Positions 10,670-18,957 of a stretch of DNA of 64,000 nt are shown here, piece by piece. The notes beneath the pieces are model-generated. The model was not told the origin of the DNA. It saw only the letters and a list, made by a program, of their open reading frames with translations, and ran no database searches. Source of the stretch: Candidatus Latescibacterota bacterium (GTDB taxonomy: Bacteria > Latescibacterota > UBA2968 > UBA8231). Position numbers and translations under genes: made by a program. The stretch lies in contig CBDETY010000003.1 in assembly GCA_965243025.1 (NCBI GenBank), positions 384,001 through 448,000 on the forward strand, read 5' to 3'. The stretch's first letter is position 1. Each line of letters starts with the position of its first letter.

Positions 10670-10711
10670 GACGGGCCTCCCGGCGGGAAGGACGACCGGG
10701 GAAGGGCGTTG

Positions 10712-10740
10712 AGGGTACCCGGGTTTCTCGAACCTGTCAA
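10712..10740 (-). promoter_or_regulatory. Sigma-70-type promoter for the DUF6785 operon
   Basis: Minus strand TTGACA-N17-TACCCT, about 40 nt upstream of the proposed CTG start. Confidence 0.6.
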
Positions 10741-10846
10741 TGAACCCTTTCCCGGTCCGGCGGGCGGGTCCGAGCCGGGAGGGGAAGTAACCTTAACTTG
10801 CTGCAGGACAGCATGTTAAGGGACTTCATGTCAATTGAGAAAGTCC

Positions 10847-10877
10847 TTGACACACAAGCTTTTACGTTCCTTATTTA
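10847..10877 (+). promoter_or_regulatory. Possible promoter for the secreted-protein locus
   Basis: Perfect TTGACA at 10847 in an AT-rich stretch; the -10 box (ttattta) is imperfect. Confidence 0.4.
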
Positions 10878-10946
10878 TCGGGTCCAATCAGAACAAGGTG
10901 CACTTAAGTGCAGCAACCTACACTCAATCTCAGGAGGATTGAAACC

Positions 10947-11813
10947 ATGCGAAAGCTGCTTTTGCTGCCGCTGGCCGTGGCCATGATGGCCGTACCGGCG
11001 TCGGCGCACCAGGGCGACGGCCCGTTTCTGGCCGCTCAGTTTCCAGACGACGGGTTGCCCACGATCGACGGGAACATATCCGAGTGGCAAGCGCTTCCCG
11101 ACCATTTCCAGGTTCTGATCGAAGATACGAGAAACGCCTACGCCGAGAGGAGCGGGGGCGAACTCGACAAGGCAGACCTGGACTTCGGCTTCTGGGGGGG
11201 TTACAACGCCAACAGCGATCAGTTGTACGCGGCGGTCTGGGTTTTCGACCAGCTCCACGTGAGAGATGCTCCCGACGCCACGGACTGCACCTGCAACGAT
11301 GACAACTACGAGTTTTTCACCGACGGCGATCACTCGCTCGACGACGCCGCCTACGGCAACGGATGGTGGAACATCGCGGTGCCTCCGGTTGAGGGTAAGA
11401 GCCATACCCCCGATGTCGGGTTTCACACACAGCCCCCGCACTTCGTGTACGCCACCTCTTTCGAGGGCGAGGAGTTCGGCGAGAGCACTTATTACTACGA
11501 AGTGGCATTCACTCCCTGGGACGACTTGCAGAGGGACGGCGACGGAAACGACGCCGGCTCCGTCCAGTCCACGCTCGATCCGGGCGAGATTATCCATTGG
11601 GAGATGATCGTCACGGACGACGACGCCGAGCTGAGCCATGCCGAACAGTACCCCAACGGCACCTGGAAGAACGACGGCTGGTGGTCCCTCGGGGTAGGCG
11701 CTGCCCACAGCGACAGGGCTCCCGATTGGGAGCTCGACACGGATATCACCAGCGCCATGCCCACGGCGGTGGAGAGCAAGACCTGGGGCCGCCTGAAGTC
11801 CCGGTTCCGCTAA
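10947..11813 (+). CDS. Secreted CBM9/DOMON-like protein with C-terminal TAVESKTWGRLK motif
   Basis: AGGAGG RBS; signal peptide MRKLLLLPLAVAMMAVPASA; PTIDGNISEW...LYAAVWVFD...DGDHS as in CBM9-like folds; Asp-rich. Confidence 0.75.
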   Translation: MRKLLLLPLAVAMMAVPASAHQGDGPFLAAQFPDDGLPTIDGNISEWQALPDHFQVLIEDTRNAYAERSGGELDKADLDFGFWGGYNANSDQLYAAVWVFDQLHVRDAPDATDCTCNDDNYEFFTDGDHSLDDAAYGNGWWNIAVPPVEGKSHTPDVGFHTQPPHFVYATSFEGEEFGESTYYYEVAFTPWDDLQRDGDGNDAGSVQSTLDPGEIIHWEMIVTDDDAELSHAEQYPNGTWKNDGWWSLGVGAAHSDRAPDWELDTDITSAMPTAVESKTWGRLKSRFR

Positions 11814-11870
11814 TCTTCACGGATCGAGGCTGATCGATACGATCAGGCGAAATCTTTTCTGAGGATACTG

Positions 11871-11910
11871 AACGAGGGAGGGGTTCGATGACCTCCCTCG
11901 TTTTTCTTTT
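11871..11910 (+). terminator. Rho-independent terminator/attenuator
   Basis: aacgagggagg-N10-cctccctcgtt followed by a T-rich tract. Confidence 0.75.
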
Positions 11911-11941
11911 CATGCCCTGCAAGGGAGTCGGGAGACGCCAT

Positions 11942-14900
11942 ATGTACGGATCTCCCTCCATGACGAGGGCGGCCCTCTGGGCCGCGATCCTGCTGCTCTG
12001 GTCGAATCCGGGTTTTGCCCAGGAACAGCCGGGTTACCGGATCGATACCGGGAAGCGGCAGATCACCGTCAACACGGACAAGCACTGGGGCCAGTGGCTC
12101 CTGGGGGATCTGGATCAGCCGGTCGATTCGGTCCGCCAGGATGTCCTGGAACTGCGGATGAAGGACGGCGGCGGGGATGCCCTGCTCGTCCCCCGCGAGT
12201 TCCGCCGGCAGGTTGACGCGCTGACCGACGCGCCGGCCTTCAACCACGTCATCGACGCCAGGGACGAGCAGCAGTTCATCAACGTCCTCGAGGGTCCGCG
12301 AGCCACCGGCGGCGTCAAGAACGCCGGCTCGAACCTCGCGCTCGCCGAAGGCGCCATCGACCGGGGGGACGACCGCTACCGGACCTACTGGCAGCCGGAC
12401 CTGGACGAGCCGTCGTTCAAGTGGTGGATCGAGTTCGACATGGGCCGGCTGGTTTCGGCCGAGAAGATCATCCTGCGCTTCGTCGACGAAGAGCTGGGGG
12501 ACCCCTTCCTGCAGTTCCGGGTCCTGGTTTCTACCGGGTTGCTCAGATTCGACAGCAAGGTGCGGCCGCTGGACTACCGCACCGTCGGCGGCACCACGCG
12601 GGGGATTCGCGACCAGCGGGAGTTCGTGTTCGACCTCGAACCGGACGTGAAGGCCGATCCGGATTTCACCGGGACGCCCGTACAGTACGTCCGCATCGTC
12701 GTGACCGACAGCAATCTGGACCGGGCCGGGGAAGTAACCCGGGAGGTCTATGAGAACGACCTGTCCCCGGACAGCCGGGGGAGAATCGAGTACTACCTCA
12801 AGAGCTTTGACGGCGACGAGGTCCTGACGACCCGGGAAGTGTATGAGACCGTCGAGACAGAGGAGCCCGACCGCCTGGGCTCGGTGCGCTGGTATCGGAG
12901 GGAACGCCCGCGCCTCGCGGACGTGCAGGTCATCGCGACCGGCGACAACATAGCCCTCGGGATTCTCGACAGGGGTGGCCGGCTCACCTATCTGGGCAAG
13001 GTACCGGATATCCTGACGAATGCTTTCAACGGCAGCTTCCTGGACGAATGGCGTTCCACGCTCAACATGAAACCCGGACAACCCCGGGCAGAAGAGGGCG
13101 GGCCGCTCATCGTCGATCTGGGAGCCTTGTTCTGGGTGGACGCCTTCCGCATTCTCGGCAACCCGAAAGCCGCCCAATACCCGCTCTGGGGGTGGACGGT
13201 CCGGGTTTCGGACGGTTCCACGGCCTCGGACGGCACCCCGATCTGGAACCGGGTCTCGCCGCCTGAGCGGGAACGCAACGCGACCACGGACAGGTTCATC
13301 TATGCGGAGGACCGTTTCGAACCGCTTCGAACCCGCTTCATCGAATTCGTCCACCTCGACGGCTCCAACACCGCGGTGCCCACGCATGTCGGCATCCGCC
13401 AACTGCAGGTGTTCGGCGAGGGACGTGTCGCCGGGGTGGTTCTCACTTCCCCCCTGATCGAGTTCAAGGACAGGAGCAACCGGCGCCAGGCGCGCGCCCT
13501 GACCCGGGTGGAATGGGTCGGCGACACCCCTCCGGGGACCCGCATCGAAGTCCGTACTCAAACCGGGAACGAGGTCGTTCCGAAGTGGCGGTTCTTCCTC
13601 ACCGATGGACAGGAGGTGACCCGCGACAAGTACTGGCACAGGAGGACGAGAGAGAAAGACCGGGGCGATTCGCTCGCGACCTTTACCCCGGGGGTTGATT
13701 GGAGCGCCTGGAGCAGGGCCTACGAGCATTCCGGAGACCGGTTCGTCTCCCCCTCGCCGCGCCGGTTCCTCAAACTGGAGGCCAGGCTGATTTCGGACCG
13801 GCCGGATGCCGTCGCCACCCTGGACTCGATTATCGTCCACTTCACCGATCCCTTCGCCAGCCAGGTCCTGGCCGAGGTAACCCCCCAGATCGATGTCGCC
13901 AGCGGCGTGCCCGACACCTTCTCCGTCTTCGTGCGGCCGCTGTTCCGGGCCGACGAGCCGGATACCAGCACCCGTTTCGACGAGATTCGGCTGCTGGCTT
14001 CGCATCGAACGGATATGGAATTGATAGAGGTGCGTGCAGGCGGGCAGGAGGCGCTCCTGGCAGGCGAAGAAGCCGAAGTCGAGGTATTCGGGGAGGACGG
14101 CCGGGGCGGTTTTGTCAATGCAGCGGGAGATCGCCTCGAGGTCGTCCCGACCCGCGCCGACACCTTGTGGATAAGGTTGCCGGGTCTCGTGAACTACGAC
14201 GCCGGCAGCCCCCCGGTCTACTACCGCATCGCGGCGGCGGGAGACGAAGCCCCGCTCGACAAATCCGGAGGCGTGCTGACCCAGGCCGCATGGAGCCGGT
14301 TGCCGACGGAGCCGCTCAACGAGCAGGGCCGCATCGACTATTTCGAGGTCGCGGCGGCCGATCCGGAGACGGGGGCTCAGACTCTGCGCCAGGTGAACGA
14401 GGCCGAGTACAACGAACTTCCCTTCGAGTCCCAGGGCCCGGTGCGCTACTACCGCGTCCTCTTCGAAGGGGAAGAGGTGGCTCTCGGCAACGACGGCGAG
14501 CCCCTGACCGCACAGAGCAACGGGCCGGTGCTGCGCGAGGGCGAGGTGGTGGAGCTGCGCTTCCGTTCCCGCATCTTCGTGAGCGGCACGACCTTCTCCG
14601 CCGAGGTGGCCAACTCGGAGGTCGCCGACACGAGCATCCCCGAGCTCTGGCAGAAGGCGGACTCCGGCAACGCCATGGAGGGGATCGACGGGCAAGGGAC
14701 GGCGGTCATCACCCCCATCGGCGACCAGCAGGCGCTGTCCGCTCTGGAGATCGGGCCGAATCCCTTCACTCCCAACGGCGACGGCATCAACGACCGGCTG
14801 AGACTCCTGCTTTCGGTGTCGAATGTCGATGCGCCGCGCCGCGTCGAAGCCCGGTTCTTCACCCTGGCCGGCGTAGAGGCCGCGGTGGTGTCCCGCGAGC

Positions 14901-15058
14901 AGGCGGGGGGAGAGTGGGTGCTGGAATGGCAGGGCCGCGGCGGCAACGACGACGAAGGGGAGCTGGTGGCGCCCGGACTCTACATCTGCCGCGTCCACGT
15001 GGACAGCGACGCCGGCTCGGACAACACCGCGGTCCGGCTCGTCAGCGTGGCGTACTGA
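11942..15058 (+). CDS. Large secreted protein with C-terminal T9SS type-B-like/FlgD-Ig domain (paralog 1)
   Basis: Signal peptide; discoidin-like segments (WWIEFDMG, LIVDLGA); SPSPRRFLKL; C-terminal GPNPFTPNGDGIND...WQG...VAPGLYICRV...VSVAY. Confidence 0.8.
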   Translation: MYGSPSMTRAALWAAILLLWSNPGFAQEQPGYRIDTGKRQITVNTDKHWGQWLLGDLDQPVDSVRQDVLELRMKDGGGDALLVPREFRRQVDALTDAPAFNHVIDARDEQQFINVLEGPRATGGVKNAGSNLALAEGAIDRGDDRYRTYWQPDLDEPSFKWWIEFDMGRLVSAEKIILRFVDEELGDPFLQFRVLVSTGLLRFDSKVRPLDYRTVGGTTRGIRDQREFVFDLEPDVKADPDFTGTPVQYVRIVVTDSNLDRAGEVTREVYENDLSPDSRGRIEYYLKSFDGDEVLTTREVYETVETEEPDRLGSVRWYRRERPRLADVQVIATGDNIALGILDRGGRLTYLGKVPDILTNAFNGSFLDEWRSTLNMKPGQPRAEEGGPLIVDLGALFWVDAFRILGNPKAAQYPLWGWTVRVSDGSTASDGTPIWNRVSPPERERNATTDRFIYAEDRFEPLRTRFIEFVHLDGSNTAVPTHVGIRQLQVFGEGRVAGVVLTSPLIEFKDRSNRRQARALTRVEWVGDTPPGTRIEVRTQTGNEVVPKWRFFLTDGQEVTRDKYWHRRTREKDRGDSLATFTPGVDWSAWSRAYEHSGDRFVSPSPRRFLKLEARLISDRPDAVATLDSIIVHFTDPFASQVLAEVTPQIDVASGVPDTFSVFVRPLFRADEPDTSTRFDEIRLLASHRTDMELIEVRAGGQEALLAGEEAEVEVFGEDGRGGFVNAAGDRLEVVPTRADTLWIRLPGLVNYDAGSPPVYYRIAAAGDEAPLDKSGGVLTQAAWSRLPTEPLNEQGRIDYFEVAAADPETGAQTLRQVNEAEYNELPFESQGPVRYYRVLFEGEEVALGNDGEPLTAQSNGPVLREGEVVELRFRSRIFVSGTTFSAEVANSEVADTSIPELWQKADSGNAMEGIDGQGTAVITPIGDQQALSALEIGPNPFTPNGDGINDRLRLLLSVSNVDAPRRVEARFFTLAGVEAAVVSREQAGGEWVLEWQGRGGNDDEGELVAPGLYICRVHVDSDAGSDNTAVRLVSVAY

Positions 15059-15075
15059 GAAAGAGGTCCACCACC

Positions 15076-17103
15076 ATGCCCGCAAGGGGTTTCGTTCACG
15101 GGTTGGCCGGCCTGCTTGTCGGACTGGCAGGGGCCGCAAGCCTTGACTCCCGCACCATGCTGGTGATCGGCAGCCCCGAAGCGGCCGGGAGCTGGGCGGT
15201 CGACGTCCCGGCGCTGACGGTGGAAAGCCGCACCTGGATCGAGTCGGCCGGACGCCTGGAGGCAGACCTCTACCCCGACTACAACGAGGCCACCGGGGGA
15301 ATCCTCAATCTCGACTTTTCCGAGACCCACGTGATGCCGATCAGGGTCGCGCCGGACTTCAACCTTTCCCCGGGCTATCTCGAGCGGGGCGGCTGGGAAA
15401 AGGAGCGGGCAACCGAGCGCACCGAGGGGTTTTTCGAACGCGCCCTGGATGGAGACATCAACACCGTCTACAACTACCGGGGTGATTTCGGAGGCCCGGA
15501 GGGAACGCCCCGGCCCACCGTCGACCTGGGGAACATTTTCCCGATCAACCGGATCGTCTTCTTCACCCACCGCGATTCCACCGAAGAGTACGCCGATGTT
15601 TTCCGGCTGTACGTCGACGGGGGCCTGGTCCGGGAGGAGCTCGACAACAAGAAGGACAGCGTGGAAGTCACCTTTCCGATGCGGCACGGGCAAGTGGTCG
15701 CCATAGAGCCCATAATCCGCAAGAACAAGGCCGGCATCTCGATCCCTCCCAAGACCTGGCAGCTCGCCGAGTTCGAGATCTACGGCGACGGCTACGTTCC
15801 CAGGGCCTCCTATATCTCCGAGATCATCGACATCGAGCAGGTGGCGCCCCTGGATTCCGGTGAGCGGGCCAGCTGGGGCCGGCTCTACTGGACCGGCACC
15901 AGGGACCCGGATGGCCGGACCGTCATCCGCACCCGCACCGGCCGCGCCGGGGACACCCCCGACGACGGCGATTTCCCCGACCCCAGCATCTACTCGGTGT
16001 TCACCGGGCGGGGCGACGAGTTGTCGACCTTCTCCGACGAAGGGGTGCCATTGACCCTCGAGGACTACGGGGCGACCTCGGGAGGAGTACGGCTTGGCAC
16101 CGACTACAGCGAACAGCGGGGTCCCATCACCTACGACAACGAAAACTGGAGCTTCTGGTCGACGCCATACGACTTCGACAAGGGCGCCGAGGGGGTGCCC
16201 GTGGTTTCGCCGGGGCCGCGGCGCTATATCCAGTTTCGCATCGACTTCTTTCCCACGATCACCGACGGCAGCCGCCTGGAGGCGATCGGGTTCGACTTTT
16301 CCAAGCCGCCCAGCGCCACCAGGGCGGTGGCCGAGATCTTCCCGAAAGAGGTGCCGGCGGCCGTCGACACCACCTTCACCTACACCCTTCTGCCGGAACT
16401 GGCCGACACCGACCGCGGCTTCGACAGCCTGGAGATCGAGACGTTCGTCGAGCCTTCGGCGGTGCGCCTGGTGCGGATCGACGGCGCCGGCACCGAGAAG
16501 ATCATCTGCGAACCGTGCCTGCTTCACCCGGACGACACCCACCCGAACGCCGGGATCATGGAAGACCGCCTCGTCGTGCACTTCGACACACTCAAGGGAA
16601 TCGCCGACAACGGGAAGCGGGTGCAGGTGGTTTTCGACGCCTCGGTGGTGAAGTTCGGCACGGAGTTCAAGGGGCGCATATTCACCGACGGCAGCGACGA
16701 CGTGCGACAGCTCGTGGACGGCGGCGATGCCATCGATCGCTACAGTGCAGGCGGGGTCGTGGTGACCATCCCCTTGAAGGAGGAGCTGATCGGTCGCGTG
16801 CGGGTGCAGCCGAGCCCGTTTACGCCCAACGGGGATGGGATCAACGACGAGACCGAGCTCTCATATGCGCTGCTCAACCTGACGGACGCCGCCGCCGCCG
16901 ACGTGGCCATCTACGATCTGAGCGGCCGCCGGGTGAAGCAGCTGCAGAGCGAGTCGCTGGTCAGCGGCATTCACGGCGAGAGCTGGAACGGGCGGGACGA
17001 CGACGGCGGGCTCGCCCCTCCGGGGCTCTACATCTACCGGATATCGATCGGGACCGACGAGAGGAATGAAGACCACAGCGGCGTCGTCTACGTGGCCTAC
17101 TAG
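15076..17103 (+). CDS. Secreted protein with C-terminal T9SS type-B-like/FlgD-Ig domain (paralog 2)
   Basis: The real start is ATG 15076 (MPARGFVHGLAGLLVGLAGAA) inside ORF 13699; WGRLYW, SPGPRRYIQF, AEIFP, GFDSLEI, PSPFTPNGDGIND...IYDLSGR...PPGLYIY...VYVAY. Confidence 0.8.
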   Translation: MPARGFVHGLAGLLVGLAGAASLDSRTMLVIGSPEAAGSWAVDVPALTVESRTWIESAGRLEADLYPDYNEATGGILNLDFSETHVMPIRVAPDFNLSPGYLERGGWEKERATERTEGFFERALDGDINTVYNYRGDFGGPEGTPRPTVDLGNIFPINRIVFFTHRDSTEEYADVFRLYVDGGLVREELDNKKDSVEVTFPMRHGQVVAIEPIIRKNKAGISIPPKTWQLAEFEIYGDGYVPRASYISEIIDIEQVAPLDSGERASWGRLYWTGTRDPDGRTVIRTRTGRAGDTPDDGDFPDPSIYSVFTGRGDELSTFSDEGVPLTLEDYGATSGGVRLGTDYSEQRGPITYDNENWSFWSTPYDFDKGAEGVPVVSPGPRRYIQFRIDFFPTITDGSRLEAIGFDFSKPPSATRAVAEIFPKEVPAAVDTTFTYTLLPELADTDRGFDSLEIETFVEPSAVRLVRIDGAGTEKIICEPCLLHPDDTHPNAGIMEDRLVVHFDTLKGIADNGKRVQVVFDASVVKFGTEFKGRIFTDGSDDVRQLVDGGDAIDRYSAGGVVVTIPLKEELIGRVRVQPSPFTPNGDGINDETELSYALLNLTDAAAADVAIYDLSGRRVKQLQSESLVSGIHGESWNGRDDDGGLAPPGLYIYRISIGTDERNEDHSGVVYVAY

Positions 17104-18895
17104 GAGTCCCCGTCACCGCAGTATCGCGGGCTGCTGCTTCACCGGGGTGACCGTTTTCTTCGTCCACGGTAGCCTGGCCCTGGACACCCTCGTGGTCGGC
17201 GGGGTGGAGAACACCTGGTCGGATCTGGGCACCGCCCCCGGGAACGTCATCGATTTCGCAACGGAGCCGGGCTGGATCGCCCCCATCCAGATCGACCCCG
17301 AGGTCAACCTCGTCGAGCAGATCCGCGCCAGGGGGGGAACGGTGAGTATCGATTCTCCGAACAGTCCGGTCCGCAGGACCCAGGGGGACCAGGTGCTGCA
17401 GGACGCCCTGGACAACATCATGAACGGCTCGGTTTCCGAGGTGTACGACCGCAAGATCGCCAACTCGACCTTCGGGGAGCACATCGACATCGATCTGGGT
17501 GCCCCCCTCGGCATGGATCGCATCGTCTTCTATCCCAGCTCTCTCTTTCCCCGGGAGTTTCTGAGGGCCTTCTACATCCAGGTCAACGACGGCAAGAGCA
17601 ATCTCTCCGAGTCCGGCAACCCCGAGTGGAACGCGATCGGCAGGTTCCACGAAAGGCAGAATACCAGGACCCGGGCCGAGATGCGGATTCCGCTCCAGTT
17701 CGTCCGCTACCTGCGCCTGACTTCCCAGTACCACGGGGGATTCGAGATCGACGAGATCGAGCTTTTCGGCCGCGGCTACGTGTCGGACGGCAGCTACCTG
17801 TCCGATCCCTTCGACCTGGGAGAGCAGGGCGCCCTGTGGGGCCGGATAAACTGGTCTGCCGCCGCCATCGGCGATCCCTTTCGCTCCGGCATTGCCGTGC
17901 GCACCCGAAGCGGCCGGGACGAGCAGGACTGGAGCCCCTGGTCCGAGCCCTACCGGCCGGATGCGGACGGCGGGGTGCAGATCACCTCGCCGGCCCCCCG
18001 CCGGTTCTTCCAGTTCGAGGTCCGCTTTGCCAGCGAGGACCTGGAGGCGGCGCAGAAGGTCGATTCCCTCTCTTTCGAGCACTCGCCCCCGGTCGCCCAG
18101 GAACTCGTCGCCGAGATCTTCCCGCGTCAGGCGCAGATCGGCGAGGGCAAGGAGTTCGTCTATGCGGTGCGAGCCTCCGAGCCTTCCGACCGGGGCTTCG
18201 ACACTTTCGAGATCCTGACCTCGGCCCCCATCGAGCGCCTCGACGGGATTCAGATCCTCGGTCGGGAGGGGGACCTGCTGCTGGACAAACAGGGTGCGGA
18301 TGCGGAGGAACACCTGGTATCCCCGCATCCTTTCAGGGTGCGTTTTCCGCCGGTCACGGAAGATGGTTCCGTGCTGAAACTCCGTTTCGTCACATCGGTT
18401 CTGCGCTACGGCATCGTCTTCGACGGATGGGGGTTGAACGAGGGATCCGACGAGCTGCCGCAGCCGGCGGTTCCCGGCAACGCCATGGACCTCAGCGGCG
18501 ATTTCCCCGGGCTGAACCTCCCGGACGAGGACAAGCGCTCGAACCTGACCGTTCTCACCGACATCGAGGGAGTGGCTCTGCTGGGGGCTCTGGAGGTCGT
18601 GCCCAACCCCTTCACCCCGAACGGCGACGGCATCAACGACAGCGCCCGGATCCGCTCCGACGTCTTCAAGCTCACCAAGGCGACGCCGGTCGAGGTAGCC
18701 GTCTACGATCTTTCGGGCCGCCGCCTCGCCGTCGCGTTCGCCGGCGAGATCGAGAGCGGACGCCACTACGTAGGGTGGGACGGCACCGACGCCGAGGATC
18801 GGCTCGTGCCGCCCGGACTGTATCTGCTCGAGCTCGAGGTAAAAGCGGACACCAAATCAGAAAAGGTCCTGGGAACGGTCGTCGTCGTCTATTGA
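17066..18895 (+). CDS. Secreted protein with C-terminal T9SS type-B-like/FlgD-Ig domain (paralog 3)
   Basis: WGRINW, SPAPRRFFQF, AEIFP, GFDTFEI, PNPFTPNGDGIND...VYDLSGR...PPGLYLL...VVVVY. Exact start uncertain. Confidence 0.8.
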   Translation: MKTTAASSTWPTRSPRHRSIAGCCFTGVTVFFVHGSLALDTLVVGGVENTWSDLGTAPGNVIDFATEPGWIAPIQIDPEVNLVEQIRARGGTVSIDSPNSPVRRTQGDQVLQDALDNIMNGSVSEVYDRKIANSTFGEHIDIDLGAPLGMDRIVFYPSSLFPREFLRAFYIQVNDGKSNLSESGNPEWNAIGRFHERQNTRTRAEMRIPLQFVRYLRLTSQYHGGFEIDEIELFGRGYVSDGSYLSDPFDLGEQGALWGRINWSAAAIGDPFRSGIAVRTRSGRDEQDWSPWSEPYRPDADGGVQITSPAPRRFFQFEVRFASEDLEAAQKVDSLSFEHSPPVAQELVAEIFPRQAQIGEGKEFVYAVRASEPSDRGFDTFEILTSAPIERLDGIQILGREGDLLLDKQGADAEEHLVSPHPFRVRFPPVTEDGSVLKLRFVTSVLRYGIVFDGWGLNEGSDELPQPAVPGNAMDLSGDFPGLNLPDEDKRSNLTVLTDIEGVALLGALEVVPNPFTPNGDGINDSARIRSDVFKLTKATPVEVAVYDLSGRRLAVAFAGEIESGRHYVGWDGTDAEDRLVPPGLYLLELEVKADTKSEKVLGTVVVVY

Positions 18896-18957
18896 CGAAG
18901 ACCCCCGTCCCCGGCCGTGCACAGCAGAGTTTTGAGGGTATCCAGAGGAGGGTTGTT

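Noticed and set aside
13699-15075. N-terminal extensions of ORFs 13699, 17626, 21332, 34100, 56289 and 61929..63665 suggesting giant or overlapping genes
   Set aside because: Arg/Gly/Pro-rich off-frame read-through of upstream genes; real starts with RBS and signal peptides lie downstream.
11843-15139. 1098-aa minus-strand ORF, and similar long antisense ORFs (816..2858, 8498..10819, 24302..26695, 33591..36581)
   Set aside because: Shadow frames of high-GC genes on the opposite strand; no motifs, and the sense proteins are well supported.
14755-18640. Recurring cccttcaccccgaacggcgacggcatcaacgac-like DNA repeat
   Set aside because: It encodes the shared PFTPNGDGIND protein motif of three paralogs; not a DNA element or DGR repeat, and no reverse transcriptase is present.
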